Positions 49,931 to 63,200 of a stretch of DNA of 64,000 bases are shown here, piece after piece (positions within the stretch are counted from its first letter, which is position 1; the number at the start of each line of letters is the position of its first letter). A model generated the notes under the pieces. The model saw only the letters and a program-made list of their open reading frames with translations, was not told the DNA's origin and did no database searches. The DNA comes from Leucoraja erinacea (taxonomy: Eukaryota). The translations under genes and the position numbers were made by a program. Location of the stretch: contig NC_073377.1 of the NCBI RefSeq assembly GCF_028641065.1, positions 164,424,001-164,488,000 of the forward strand, read 5' to 3'.

Positions 49931-51297
49931 ATAACAATTAAACACTTTTGACTCTCTTGACCATGATTAAACAGCAGCGTATTTCTATACATGGCCCATG
50001 TGTAAGGCAAAACCTAATATGAATGTCATCACCAAAATAAAACAATATAATACGTTCCCTTAATGTAGGAGACGCCACAAAACAATAGATGAGATAAAAG
50101 AATTGAGATGCCCTGCAGAGGGTATGGAAAACAGGAAAAAAAGTATAAGCCAGTAGTGACTACAAAGCTTAAGGTTTAAAACCCTGAAGATTGGTGTAGG
50201 GAAACGCCAGCCAAGCTTACCACAGACTGCCAGGGCAGAGATGATGGCCAAGCGAGCATGATGCAATTCAAGTGTATCCAGCAGATGGGGTGTGTCAATG
50301 AAATAATGCTATGTGAAGAGTATTAGCTGACATATATGTGGACAGCAAAGGAAAGCACGTGTCACTGAAGCCTCATTATACAAAACTATTTATTTTCAGT
50401 TTTCAGAATTCTTCACGTTAATAATGATTATAACAATGGTAGCTACTATAGATGAGCGTTATGTGCTGTGAAAGCCCGTTGTGCTCTTATTGTTTCCAGC
50501 CCCACTGGCATATGATTTTGATTTTCATTCTGATTCTTATCCAACTTGTATTTGATTGCCAACAATATTTAAGAAGTCTGAGTAGGCAATGCTTTGAGAT
50601 CACATTGCTTTTGACAGTGAAATACTTTATCCTTGCATCGCAGAAGGGAGGTGTTATTGGAATACTTTAGATGATTTGACAATGGGGGAAGTGATTATGC
50701 CAAAACAGCATTTAAAAATATTTTCACATTTTAGACAACCACTATAAAATGATTTTTTTTTTCTTACAATAGTAGATAAGGTTTGGAAATGGGCTTCTGG
50801 GAAAAAAATGTAAGTTTTGCATTTGAATTATAAATTTGTATATATATCTACCAATGAAGGAATGCAATCTCATTTAAATATTAAGTGTATTATAGAGATC
50901 AACATGTATAAAAGCCCAAAACATAAAATCTGTCATGAGTTCTGGAAGTCACGGTCACTGGCCAGAAATTAAGATATCAAATAGTGGACATTAGCATAAA
51001 ACTATCTAGTACTTGAAAGATGCAATAACTATTACTTCTTGTGTCGTGATGTTCAATAATTAATTATAATTGTATAAATTAGATAAGCTTTTCGACTCTT
51101 AGAATTACCATCACACATTATACGAACAGACTAAAAATGGAAATGCATTCTGGATGAGTTAATTCAGATTGCCAGTTTCATACAAAAATCATCCAAACCC
51201 AGTTATCTTATTCAGTGATGCAAATGTTCATGTATTTATGAAGAATAAAGTAGTAGGAAATGGTTCAATTTCCATTACAAATGAAAAGAAATGACCT

Positions 51298-51433
51298 TCT
51301 TCTTGCGTATGGTGTGCACAGCCTAAAGTTGTAGGACAACTTGTTCTAATTGATCTTATTTGATTGTGCACGCCAGGTTGATTGCATTCCTTGAAACAGG
51401 GAGGACTACGTGAAGGTTGCAATCTCCCACCCC
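51298..51433 (-). mobile_element. 136-bp non-autonomous retroelement (SINE-like) with HDV-like ribozyme head and (GAA)n tail
   Basis: Exact 14-bp TSD aaaagaaatgacct at 51284-51297 and 51434-51447; minus-strand 3' end ...catacgcaagaagaag; no tRNA A/B boxes seen. Confidence 0.8.
51380..51433 (-). ncRNA. HDV/CPEB3-like self-cleaving ribozyme fold (this copy mutated)
   Basis: P1 GGGGTGG/CCTCCCT (G1.U wobble, 1 mismatch); P2 GATTGCA/TGCAATC perfect; P3 ACC/AGT; L3 TTCACGT; J4/2 GGAA instead of CGAA. Confidence 0.7.
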
Positions 51434-51774
51434 AAAAGAAATGACCTGAACAACTATTACTTAGTATTTACGTTAAGGAAAAGTGCTGTAGAGTTGCCCA
51501 AATATTCACATCTTTTTCCATCACAGTTCTAAATGGCTAAATCAGTGTCCTGTAACTACCTATTCCTTTTGGCATCTACCTTGTCCATTCTCTCTTGTGG
51601 AATCTTAAATATTTCAATTAGATAATTTCTTCAAAGTTCTAGCTTGAGCAAGCCAATTCTCATTTCCCATTCCTCGCTGTCCATTCCAGGATTCAATCTA
51701 GTGAATCAATGCTGCAATGCTTCCAGGATGAGCATGTTTTTTTATTTTGAAAATGTATTGACATGAATTGTTAA

Positions 51775-52125
51775 TAAAATTATGCAAAGCATATATAGGG
51801 TAGACAGTCGGTATCTTTTTCTTAGGATCAAAAAATCAAATATTAGAGGGCACAGCTTTAAGGTGGGAGGGGCAAAATTTAAAAGATGTGTGGGGCACAT
51901 TTTTTTAAACAGAAGGTAGTGGGTGCCTGGAATATGCTGCTGGGGTGGTGATTGAAGCAGATATGTTAATGGTATTTAAAAGAGTTTTGGATAGGCATAA
52001 GGATTATGCACGGAATGGAGGGATGTGGGTTATGTGCCAGCAGGTAAATAATGGTCTTGACATCATGTTCAGCACAGACATTGTCAGCTGAATGGCCTGT
52101 TCTTGTTTTGTACTGTTTTATGCTA
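51775..52125 (+). mobile_element. Old CR1 LINE 3' end
   Basis: tagagggcacagctttaaggtg...gggtgcctggaatatgctgc...gaatggcctgttcttgttttgtactgt. Confidence 0.7.
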
Positions 52126-53122
52126 AGTATATCTCCACGCACCCTATATTTTGAACATTTTCAGCAGTTTCTTAACTTCAAATGTCCATTGCTTCCTAAA
52201 CCTTGTAAAGAGTGCAAATACACAATTTCCCTTCCTAATTGCATGCTGTGTCTGCGTTAAATTTCTGCACTCCATGAACTAGCTTAGTCAGGTCCCACTA
52301 CATCAATGTTTAATAGTATGTCACAATTTAAACATGTCATAAATTAAGCACGTGGACTCCATTCAGTTCATTCCAGGCACAGGCTACTCCACCGTGGAAA
52401 GCATCTACACAAGGCACTGTCTCAAAAAGGTTCTTTCACCATGGATCCCCATCATCTGGACGATGCCTTCTTGCTGCTCCCATCGGGCCGGAGATACAGA
52501 AGCCCGAAGTTACACAAAACCAGGTTCAGGAACAGCTACTTACCTCAGGGCTGCCAACTCTCATGCTTTGAGCGTGAGAATCATGCCCTCAAGCAAACTC
52601 TCACGCTGATCAGAAATTTTTCACGCTCTGTGGTGAGAAATTCTGTGATCAACGAAAATTTCAAAACTCGGATAAACTGCATGGTCCGCGGGTGTTGGAT
52701 AGCCGGGGCTGAGGGAGGGATGGGAGCAGAACCAGCGCCGGGAACAGATGCGGGGAGCCGGGACTGGCGAATGTTTGCCGGGCAGTCGAGTGTTTGCGGG
52801 GCTGGCAAGTCGCCCGCAACAGCTCCGGCCATCGAGCAGCTTCAGTGTGAGTGTCCCGGGCCGTCGGAAGCGTTGCGCCGCTGCCGCGAGAGTCTTTGTG
52901 CCGAAGGGGCAGATTATCAAAGGGAGGTAGAGGAGAGAGCGGGGAAGGAGACAGGGTGGAGAGAGAGAGGGGGGGGGGGGGGAGAGGGAGAGAGGGGGGA
53001 GAGACAGAGGGGGCGTGAATGGAGTGAGAGAAGGGGGGGGGGGTAGGGAGAGAGGGGTGGTAAAAGCAAGAGGGGGAAGGAGAGAAACGGGGAAAGAGAG
53101 AGATGGGGGGCAAAGAGAAAGA

Positions 53123-53826
53123 GTCGCTATGCTCCCTCGGGCTTGGTCTCTCGCAATTTCTCACTCCCAATTCTCACCCAATGTTGGCAGCCCTATACCT
53201 ACAAATATCAGGTTCTTGGTAGTCGCACAACCATAATCCTATCTCAATAATGAAACACCTGGCTATCTCTTGCATTACCATGGACCTGTTTTTTTCTAAT
53301 TGTGTTCTTTTTTGCAGTCTTTTTACTTTTGCAGAATTTTAGGTGCAATTTGTGCTTGTTTGAGTCCATGTGCTTGTGAAGCATTTGCAAGCATGGTTTT
53401 CATTGTACCTGTATTTCACCGAACTTGTGTATATGACTGTACATGATTGTATGCTTTCATTCTTACCAAACCAAGTAACCTCTCAGTGTCCCAAATTTTG
53501 CTTCAGTTAATGTCATTAGATGAAATAGGCAAGGAAACCTCCAACCATGGATAATACCTCCTCACCTACTGAATTAGTATTCTTCCAAGACAAACACCTA
53601 TTTTTTTTTTAAATTTCAAAATAAACTATTCAATTAATAAATATATACAATATAGGAACAGTGCAAAAAAAAACATCTGACATTCTCGGAGGCTACATAT
53701 ACATTTAATACTGTTTATACAAATTTATCATCCACGCTTACCACTCGTGGCCCACTGGTGTGGAATCCCTTCCCTTATTTCTGAGGGGGGTCTCCACCAC
53801 ACCCTGACCCCCCCGCATGTCCAGCA
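53123..53826 (+). repeat. ~700-bp local duplication of 55544-56263
   Basis: Near-identical sequence with a few substitutions and indels; bracketed by a ~53-bp direct repeat at 53071-53123 and 53826-53878. Confidence 0.9.
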
Positions 53827-54549
53827 GGGGGAAGGAGAGAAACGGGGAAAGAGAGAGATGGGGGGCAAAGAGAAAGAGGAGATAGAGACAGAGGAGAAAG
53901 AGAGAGAGCAAGGGGGAGAGTGAGGTGGGAGGGAGAAATGGGGGAGAGAGAGAGGAGATGAGAGGGAAGGGGAGAGAGTGAGAAGGGGTGAGAGGAAAGA
54001 TAGAGAGGAGGGGAGAGAGAGGGTGGGTTGAGAGGGGAGAGAGGGATGAGGGTGAGGTGGGAGGGAGAGAGGGGAGAGAAAGAGGTGGAGAGGGGTGGGA
54101 GAGAGGAAAGAAGGGGACAGATAGAGGGGGAGAGGGGGATAGAGAGGCAGGGCTGCCAACTCCCATGCATTGAGCATGAGAATCACGCATTTCAAAACTC
54201 ATCAACTGCATGGGCTGCGGGTGTTGGAGACAGAAGCAGCAGCGGGGACAGATGCAGACGGGGAGCCGGGGCTGGCCAGTGTTTGCTGGGCTGGCGAGTT
54301 GCTCACTGCAGCTCCGGCCATGGAGCAGCCTCAGTGCAAGAGTCCCAGGCCGTCGGAGGCGTCGAAGCATTGCGCCGCTGCCGTGAGAGTCTCTGTGCCA
54401 AATTCGCCCAGGTGCATCCTGGAGGACAACCCAGTGGCTGCTGGAAGTACCAAGCACTGGGTAGAAATGGTGGAAGATAGTGGACTTCAAATGGGGGTGG
54501 CTGGAGAAAGCATCCTGCTTGCCTGCTAGATTTTCACTTACTGTAACTG

Positions 54550-54876
54550 CAGAAAAAATGTTCCCGATGTTGGGGGCGTTCAGAACATTTAAGAATAAAG
54601 GGGGGCCAGTTAGGACTGAGATGAGAACAAACTTTCTTCACGCAGAGAGTTGTGAATCTGTGGAATTCTCTGCCATAGAAGGCAGTGCAGGCCAATTCAC
54701 TGGATGTTTTCAAGAGAGAGTTGCATTTAGTTCTTGGGGCTAACAACATCAAGGGATATGGGGAAAAAACAGGAAAGAGATACTGATTCTAGATGAATAA
54801 CCATGATCATATTGAATGGCAGTGCTGGCTCGAAGGCCCGATGGCCTATTCCTGCACCTATTTTCTATGTTTCTAT
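54550..54876 (+). mobile_element. CR1 LINE 3' end
   Basis: aatgttcccgatgttgggg...cctgcacctattttctatgtttctatg. Confidence 0.85.
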
Positions 54877-56021
54877 GCTTGAGTATATGGCAATAAAACT
54901 TGGATCACTTGATTTTGAAGCATTCATGCATGGTGGAGGCATAATGTAGTCATAGAGTAATACAGTGTGAAAACAGGCCCTTCTGCGCTACTTGCCCACA
55001 CCTGCCAACATGTCCCAGCTACGCTACCTGCTTTTGGTCCATACCTCCAAACCTGTCCTATCCATCTTATCAATCTAACTTTTTCTTAAATGTAGGGATG
55101 GTCCCTGCCTCAACTACCTCCTCCGGCAGCTTGTCCCATACACCCATCACCCTTTGTGTGGATAAAGTTATCCCTTAAAAAGTTACCTCTTAAAAATACT
55201 TCATACAAAAAACATTAAAATCATACCTACAGTGCACTAAAACATGATTTTAATACATCAAATTTCAAAAAGTTCCTACCCTGTGAGGGGGAGACACCCT
55301 TCTTCCACACCCTCTCCCCACTCAGTTGCTCCACTCCCTCACCGGGTACCCCCAAGGCCAGTGATCAGTGATCGCACAGCCTCCCCCCTTTCAAAAATGC
55401 TCCAATCCAATTTAAAGCATATATATTGCATTCAAGTGTAAGTTAAAAGACTCGCTATAGTAAGCACCATATTGCACAATTTCAAGCTGAAAAATGCGAA
55501 TGTTCCGTACCAATGGGAGGGGGAACCCCTCCTCCCACCCCCGGTCGCTATGCTCCCTCGGGCTTGGTCTCTCGCAATTTCTCACTCCCAATTCTCACCC
55601 AATGTTGGCAGCCCTATACCTACAAATATCAGGTTCTTGGTAGTCGCACAACCATAATCCTATCTCAATAATGAAACACCTGGCTATCTCTTGCATTACC
55701 ATGGACCTGTTTTTTTTCTAATTGTGTTCTTTTTTGCAGTCTTTTTACTTTTGCAGAATTTTAGGTGCAATTTGTGCTTGTTTGAGTCCATATGCTTGTG
55801 AAGCATTTGCAAGCATGATTTTCATTGTACCTGTACTTCACCGAACTTGTGTATATGATTGTACATGATTGTATGCTTTCATTCTTACCAAACCAAGTAA
55901 CCTCTCAGTGTCCCAAATTTTGCTTCAGTTAATGTCATTAGATGAAATAGGCAAGGAAACCTCCAACCATGGATAATACCTCCTCACCTACTGAATTAGT
56001 ATTCTTCCAAGACAAACACCT

Positions 56022-57593
56022 ATTTTTTTTTTAAATTTCAAAATAGACTTTATTCAATTAATAAATATATACAATACAGGAACAGTGCAAAAAAAAACAT
56101 CTGACATTCTCGGAGGCTACATATACATTTAATACTGTTTATACAAATTTATCATCCACGCTTACCACTCATGTGGCCCACTGGTGTGGAATCCCTTCCC
56201 TTATTTCTGAGGGGGGTCTCCACCACACCCTGACCCCCCCGCATGTCCCCCCCCCCCCAGCAGCGGAAGGACCTTAGACTGTGGTCCTCCCCCACAGAGC
56301 CTTGGCGTTGGCTGCACCAATCTTCATTGTGTCCCTCAGCAAGCTGCAGCGGGCCAGTCGGCAACATTACTGGAAGGACATATCGCTCCGCTGGGAGGAT
56401 GATAAAGTTCGGGCAGACCAAAGGGCGTCTTTCACCGAGTTGATGACCTTCCACCAGCACTCAAAGTCAGTCTCTGAATGTGTCCCTGGGAACAGTTCGT
56501 AAATCACAGAGTCCTCTGTGACAGAGCTGTTCGGAATAAATCGTGACAGGAACCCTTGCAAACCTCTCCAGACTCGCTTTGCAAGTCCACACTCTGCAAA
56601 GAGGTGAGCAACCTTCTCCTCAGCAGCCGTCCCGAGGGCAACGTGTGCTGGTAGTGAGGTTCTGACGGTGCAGGAAGGATCTGCCAGGGTTTGGTGCTTG
56701 TTGGTGAGTTCTGGCGATGAGGCATTTCGCCAGAAAAGCTAGGCAGTCTGCTCTGGGAACCGTGCCACAGGATCCATGGAGTCATTTCTCTGCAGTGCAT
56801 GCAGGAAGTTACATGCTGACCACTGCTGGATGGACTTGTGGTCAAAGGCGTTGGTCCAGAAGAACTTTTCCACGTGCGACAGATGGGGCGGCAATGTCCA
56901 GCTGACTAGCACATTTCATGACATCTGTGCCGGGCCCATCCTTTGCAACAACGGGGACAGGTAGAACCTCAGCAGGTAGTGCCACTTGGTGCCCACGGCT
57001 CTACGCTCCGCCTGATGCAGCCACACACAAAGGTGGCCATCAGGGTGAGGGCCACGTTGGGGACACGCTTTTACCCCCCTTGTCTGCCAACTTGTGCATT
57101 GTGGCCCATCGCACCCGGTCCATCCTCGACCCCCATATGAACTGGAAGACGGCCTGGGTGATCCCTGTGGTGTAGGAGGGAGGGTCAGGCCACACTTGCG
57201 CCAAGTACAGCATCCCCGAGTGTATCTCACACCTGATGACCACATTTGTTCCCGGTATAGAGAGGGAGCGCTGCTTTCACAGCTCCAGTTTCTTCCCCAC
57301 CATGTCCATTCGCTCCAGCCAATTGTCACACACCTCCGCCCCCCCTTCCCCCAAACCAGATCCCCAGCACCTTCAAGAAGTCAGGCTCAATGGTAAAGGG
57401 AACGGAGATTGGTCAGGCCTGTTGTCAAAGAGCATGGCCTCGCTTTTCCAGCAGTTCACCATGGCTCCCGTGGCCGACTCAAACTGGTCGCAGATGCTGA
57501 TCAATCTGCAGACTGACCCTGGATCTGAGCAGAAGACGGCGACATCGTCCATGTACAGGGAGATTTTGACCTGAGAGCCCCCACTGCCTGGTT
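56022..57593 (-). mobile_element. 5'-truncated L1/Tx1-group LINE with poly(A) tail
   Basis: RT motif SLYMDDVAVFCSD...FESATGAMVN..KSE; FQFIWGSRMDRVRWATM; minus-strand end aataaagtctattttgaaatttaaaaaaaaaa; multiple frameshifts. Confidence 0.82.
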
Positions 57594-59603
57594 GCAAGAA
57601 TTATGCAGAGACTTCAAGAATCATAAGAATGGATGATCGGAGTCAACCATGTCATCTCTGGGTGCCCGCTCTACCACCCACCAAATAGTGCTCAGGGCCT
57701 GGCAGACATTGACGCAAAGACAACCTGGATGCTCAACACCCAGCTTGAGATCTAACTATTCTTTTGGCTTATGTTTCATCCGCAAGAAGAAGAAGATGAT
57801 CGGATGTACTAGGGCAATCTGCTCCTTCTTCCTACTCTGCATTTCAGTAAGATTGTGGCTAATCTTTTACTTCTGTACTACTAATCCCATAATTCCCTGA
57901 ATATCAAAGTATTTCATCTTGAACTTCCATAACTCATGAGTAGAAAACTTTAAACATTTGCTAGATGGCTAACACATTAATTTCAAACAAGATTGCTAGA
58001 TGGCCAACACATTATTTTCAAGCAAGATACCCTTGTCAAGCCCTGAATTTTATACTTAAAGTGAGATCACCTCCCATTCTGTAAAACTCAAGAAAATTTC
58101 CCCAGTTTGTTTTATCTGTTCTCATTGGATCACGGGTGCCATCACAGGAATTAATCTGGTGAACCTTTGCTACACTCTCTCAATTGCAAGCATATTGTTT
58201 CTTAGCTTGGGAGATTGTACTGGCTAAGAATATTTTAGATGTAGTCTAATTGGATTAAGACCTGTATTCTTGCATTCAAATCCTCTCACAGTGAAAGCCA
58301 ACATACTGCTTGCCATCCAAATGAGCATGTTCAGTGATTCATGCAAATCACTCAGAATACAAACACATTTTAATCTTTAGCCATTAAAAAAAACATTTTT
58401 TTGAACCAAAATTAATGACCTCACAATTTTTCATGTTATATTCTATCTGCCATGCTTTTGCCCATTAATTTAACCTGCGTTGATTGCCAATGAGGTTTCC
58501 TGCATCCTCCTCACCAGCTACATATCGATCTACTCTTGCATCATCAGCAAACATGAATATATATTTGCACCCTTCATCCAAACTGTCAATGTAGATAGTG
58601 AACATTTTGGTACACAATCCCCAACCCAGCATCCCACTAGTTACAAATTAATTATTTTGATTTTTTTCTTTTTAAATTAATCCACAATCCATGCAGTATA
58701 TTCCTAATACACTGTGCTTTGATTCTGATTCTGATTAATAATCTCCTTTGGCATCTTATAGAAGACCTCAAACTCCAGACACCTTACACCCAATGGTTTG
58801 CCCCCATATTCTGGTTACAAACTTAAAATATCCAACAAATGTGTAAACTGCCATTGTTTATTTACTCTCATATCTTTAAATGTAGTTTTTAATTTATCCA
58901 GAGCTGACGGACATCACATGTCTTTACTGTCCTTTGCTTCACTGTTATTCAAGATATTAGTTTCAGTTTCAACTAAATAACCCTGAAAGTTATATAAAAC
59001 TATCATTATTATCCTTGCCCCTCAGCTACCACATCATCAATTAACCTTTTCTCATTGCACAGTAGATGTAAAATAGCCTGTTCCCTCAGTTCCTCAACAT
59101 GCTGATCTAGAAAACATTTTCTTATATCCTCCACACTATAATTTATAATTTAGTTTTGAGAGAGAGAGAGAGATAGAGAGACATATGCTTAGTTACACAA
59201 GGGACCAAACCAGTCAAGTCACAAAGCATATGACTTGCAGATTGGGCCTGTGGGTGGTGGTGTGAGAATCAACAAGAGACTAATTTTATCATAGATGAAT
59301 CTGTTTATATCACAATTGCTAAAAGTGGCTGCCACACAGTTTTTTTTTGCAAGGGCTAAATTGTTTCTTCACATAGAGAGACTCTGTTGTGTTTAACGGT
59401 ACTACCATTGTGTTAAATGGGATATATTCAGAATAGACCCAGCAAGTCAAATTTCAAATCTCTGTTCAAATTTAAGTTGATGTGTAACAATTAATATTTG
59501 CGTCATACAAGTGCCAGAGAGTGTTATTCTATACATTATAATCGTCATCCAGGGGAACACAATTGACCAAATACTAATTTGCACCTATGATATAGGTTAC
59601 ATT

Positions 59604-60245
59604 AGAAACATAGAAACATAGAAAATAGGTGCAGGAGTAGGCCGTTTGGCCCTTCGAGCCTGCACCACCATTCAATATGATCATGGCTGATCATCCAACT
59701 CAGTATCCTGTTCCTGCCTTCTCTCCATACCCCCTGATCCCATTAGCCACAAGGGCCACATCTAACTCCCTCTTAAATATAGCCAATGAACTGGCCTCAA
59801 CTACCTTCTGTGGCAGAGAATTCCAGAGATTCACCACTTGCTGTGTGAAAAAGGTTTTCCTCATCTCGGTCCTAAAAGATTTCCCCCTTATCCTTAAACT
59901 GTGACCCCTTGTTCTGGACTTCCCCAACACCGGGAACAATCTTCCTGCTTCAAGCCTGTCCAACCCCTTAAGAATGTTGTAAGTTTCTATAAGATCCCCC
60001 CTCAATCTTCTAAATTCTAGCGAGTACAAACTGAGTCTATCCAGTCTATCTTCATGTGAAAGTCCTGACATCCCAGGAATCAGTCTGGTGAACCTTCTCT
60101 GCACTCCCTCTATGGCAAGAATGTCTTTCCTCAGATTAGGAGACCAAAACTGTACGCAATACTCCAGGTGTGGTCTCACCAAGACCCTGTAGAACTGCAG
60201 TAGAACCTCCCTGCTCCTACACTCAAATCCTTTTGCTATGAAACT
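59604..60245 (-). mobile_element. Young CR1 LINE 3' part with open 182-aa ORF2 C-terminus
   Basis: ORF 59700-60248 LVRPHLEYCVQFWSP...FKRELDVAL; (tttctatg)n tail. Confidence 0.93.
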
Positions 60246-63200
60246 CAAATCCTTTTGCTATGAAACTCACTAGATTACTAGAAACTCACTAGATTACTAG
60301 AAGGACAGGTCTGATGTTTCATAGTTTGTAAATATATTTCATCACAGTCATTATGGGAAAAATGCCTACACACGATAGCTTCCTGCAGATATATTCACTT
60401 TTAAGAATGGTGATTAGTGTCTGTAATCTTGGACTCTGGCAGATCACAATATAGTGTTAATGAGACTGAAAATAGTTTGGTTCCCACTTAAAAATTCAGT
60501 GCAGTGATTGCAAATTGAGCAATGGCAGCTCTTCAACAATGGGAGCTAGTCAGAGATGTCCTTTTTTGTCCAACATTCAACATCATGTAGGAGATTCAAA
60601 TGTTTCAAAGGTATTTTATTGTCACGTGTACCAATTAAGGTACAGTGATATGCGAATTACCATACAGCCATACGAAAAAACAATTGAATCCATAGGGGTG
60701 AAATTATATCCACAGGAGGTAGAGTTATTACCAGTCTTGGAATTGGTGAAAGCATTTAGCTGATGGATGAGGAGGAACAATAATTGTAACAGGACTAGAA
60801 AAAGAGCTGGCACTTATAGGATGAAAAATAATTTTGAACCAAACAGCATTTTAATTAACAACTTTCAATTCAATAATGTTAATTATCAATGAACAGCATG
60901 AATTTGAAAAAGCCAAGCATGTTTAAATACCAAGATTTCAACTTCACCTCCAAGAAGACATCAGCTGTTGTAGTAGACTATGGTTGCAATGGGAACTGCA
61001 GAATGATTAACAGTATTTTTGCATGCAGTAGCTAAATCGATGAGGTACACATTCCACATATAACTGAAATGTGGACTTCAAGCCAGAAAAAATGTTTGCA
61101 AGCATAAGATCCTGAGGATTTTGTATCTAAAAATCAAACAAATACAAATAAAAAATATTGTATAACAATAAACAAAAGAAAACCAGCATGTTTGGGTGGC
61201 ACCAACTTCTCAAAATGAATGTTTAATAGTTCAGTAAAAAGGGGAAAAAGAGAAGAAATTAAAGGTGTGGTTAGAAAATATCAAGCGATGGATTAACATC
61301 ATAATATATCCAAGCAACAGCTGTACCTCAGAAGTCAAAGACAACATTTGTTGATATTTATTACCTACAGAAACAATGGAGAGTTTTCCCAGTTAATGAA
61401 CCAGGCAAAGAATCCATAGCAGCAATAGTCACTCACCTCCTCTTTCCATATCTTTCTGCCATGTGCACAATTCAAGTCGGGAGTATGATGAGATATTGAA
61501 TGAGAGCAATACCCAGGCTTGGCTAATAACATTGCCCAAATGCCTGGAGATGAACAAAAAATGTTGGTTATAATAACAATACATTTAGGACAAAGCAACC
61601 AGTCTGATTCACTCCTCATTGACTGCAATAAATATGCACCAACTCTGCAGTATGCATCAACTACAAAATACACTGCAGCAACTCGTCAAGATATTTTCTT
61701 TTGCAGCATCTCTTTCTTTATGATCTGTACAATCTGGAAATACAAGGGTAGTGGGCTCATGAACATAACATCACCTGTAAATCCCCTTCCAAGTTCACAC
61801 CATTTTAAGTCCAAAATATATTACATTCCTTCTTGGTCGCAGGTGGAAATCCTGAAGCAACAAGTGAAAGCCATCAGTTGGTCCAGAAGGTGCACAATCT
61901 TGCCTTCTCCAAGACAAAAGCGATAAGCATCAAATACTGGGTTTGTTCCCATCTATGTGGTTTTAATAATAATGACAAGTAGGCTGAGCAGCCAATATGA
62001 TTCTCACAAACAGCCAAATGGGAAGTAAAGGTTGCTGAGATATTATTGCACAGTTCTACCATGGAAAAAAATTACAGTACCTAAAGAAACTTTGTTACAA
62101 AATCTATGAGGGGATTTGTTTCTGAAGTAATGTGAAGCAACTCTTTAGGTAAAAGTAAATTAATGATAATGTGTTTATAAAGCGTGTTCATATTCCATTT
62201 AAGTTTTGTGTGCTGTTTTAAGTACAGATACTTTGGTCAATGAGTTTTTATTCACGATAAATTGTATCTGTATTTAAAAAATGCTAACCAGAATATTGTA
62301 ATTTTTGAATGTTGTGATATAACAATAAAATACAATTTCTAATCAAAATAGTCAGAAGAACATTCCACAGTTGTTATTTCTGGATCGGAGACCATCATAT
62401 ATAGCAAATGGCAATTCAAAGAGAAATAAATAGATTTGGGTTTGACTGCCATATCACTTTGAGCACTCCGAATTAAATTGATGCCAACAAATCATCTCAA
62501 CTGGATGTCAGGGATTTTTACAAAGCAAAGCTGAAAGGCCTCAACTTTAGTTGTGTTGGCAAAAAATGGCTGAAATATAAAGATGATAACTCTGAGCAAA
62601 TTGTTACTAAGATGTTTCAGCAGTAGTGAGAACAATTTGTACAGTAAGTGACAATATGCTGAAATTCAATCGGGCTGTAAAAGCTCAAGGTAGAAACATT
62701 ACTCTTGGTTCAGATGTAATAAAAAGTTGCCCGGTGTCTTGTGGTTGACATCATGATGCCAACAACTAGAAATCGTTTAATTACCAAGCTCTTAGACCCT
62801 TAGGATATTGTTGTTTTTCAAGATTTTAAAATTTACGAATTTACACATTTCTGATGGGTTGTTTTTCAGAACAAGTAGAGAGATATTAAAAAAGGAATTT
62901 GTCAGGCATAAAGATTATAATGATATCATCGAATTTATGGATAGGATAACCTTTTTATCTGTAAATATTCATTCCGTACTGATAACCTGTTATATTAACC
63001 TTCAAAGCAGACCAATAATGCTTTTTGTAAACACTTCTTTGAAGTTTTCATTATTGTGTTCAAAACTACGAAGATTCTGGTTTGTAAGTATATCACGAAG
63101 ATTTGATAAGATCATTTCAATTTCTGGGCACATCCATCGGTCCAGTTTTGAAGAAAAAAGTACATAGATGAAATGATAGTATTGGCATTAGTAACAGTCT

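Larger units (their letters stand above)
52546..55616. mobile_element. hAT-like non-autonomous element inserted in a Rex-like LINE; contains a second left end (54148), GA-rich tracts, CR1 pieces and an internal duplication
   Basis: TIR cagggctgccaac / gttggcagcccta; 5-bp TSD tacct at 52541-52545 and 55617-55621; the interrupted LINE frame RFRNSYLP|TNIRFL resumes after the element. Confidence 0.7.

Noticed and set aside
52441-54529. ORFs of 150-250 aa
   Set aside because: Derived from GA-rich low-complexity and GC-rich MITE sequence; no protein motifs.
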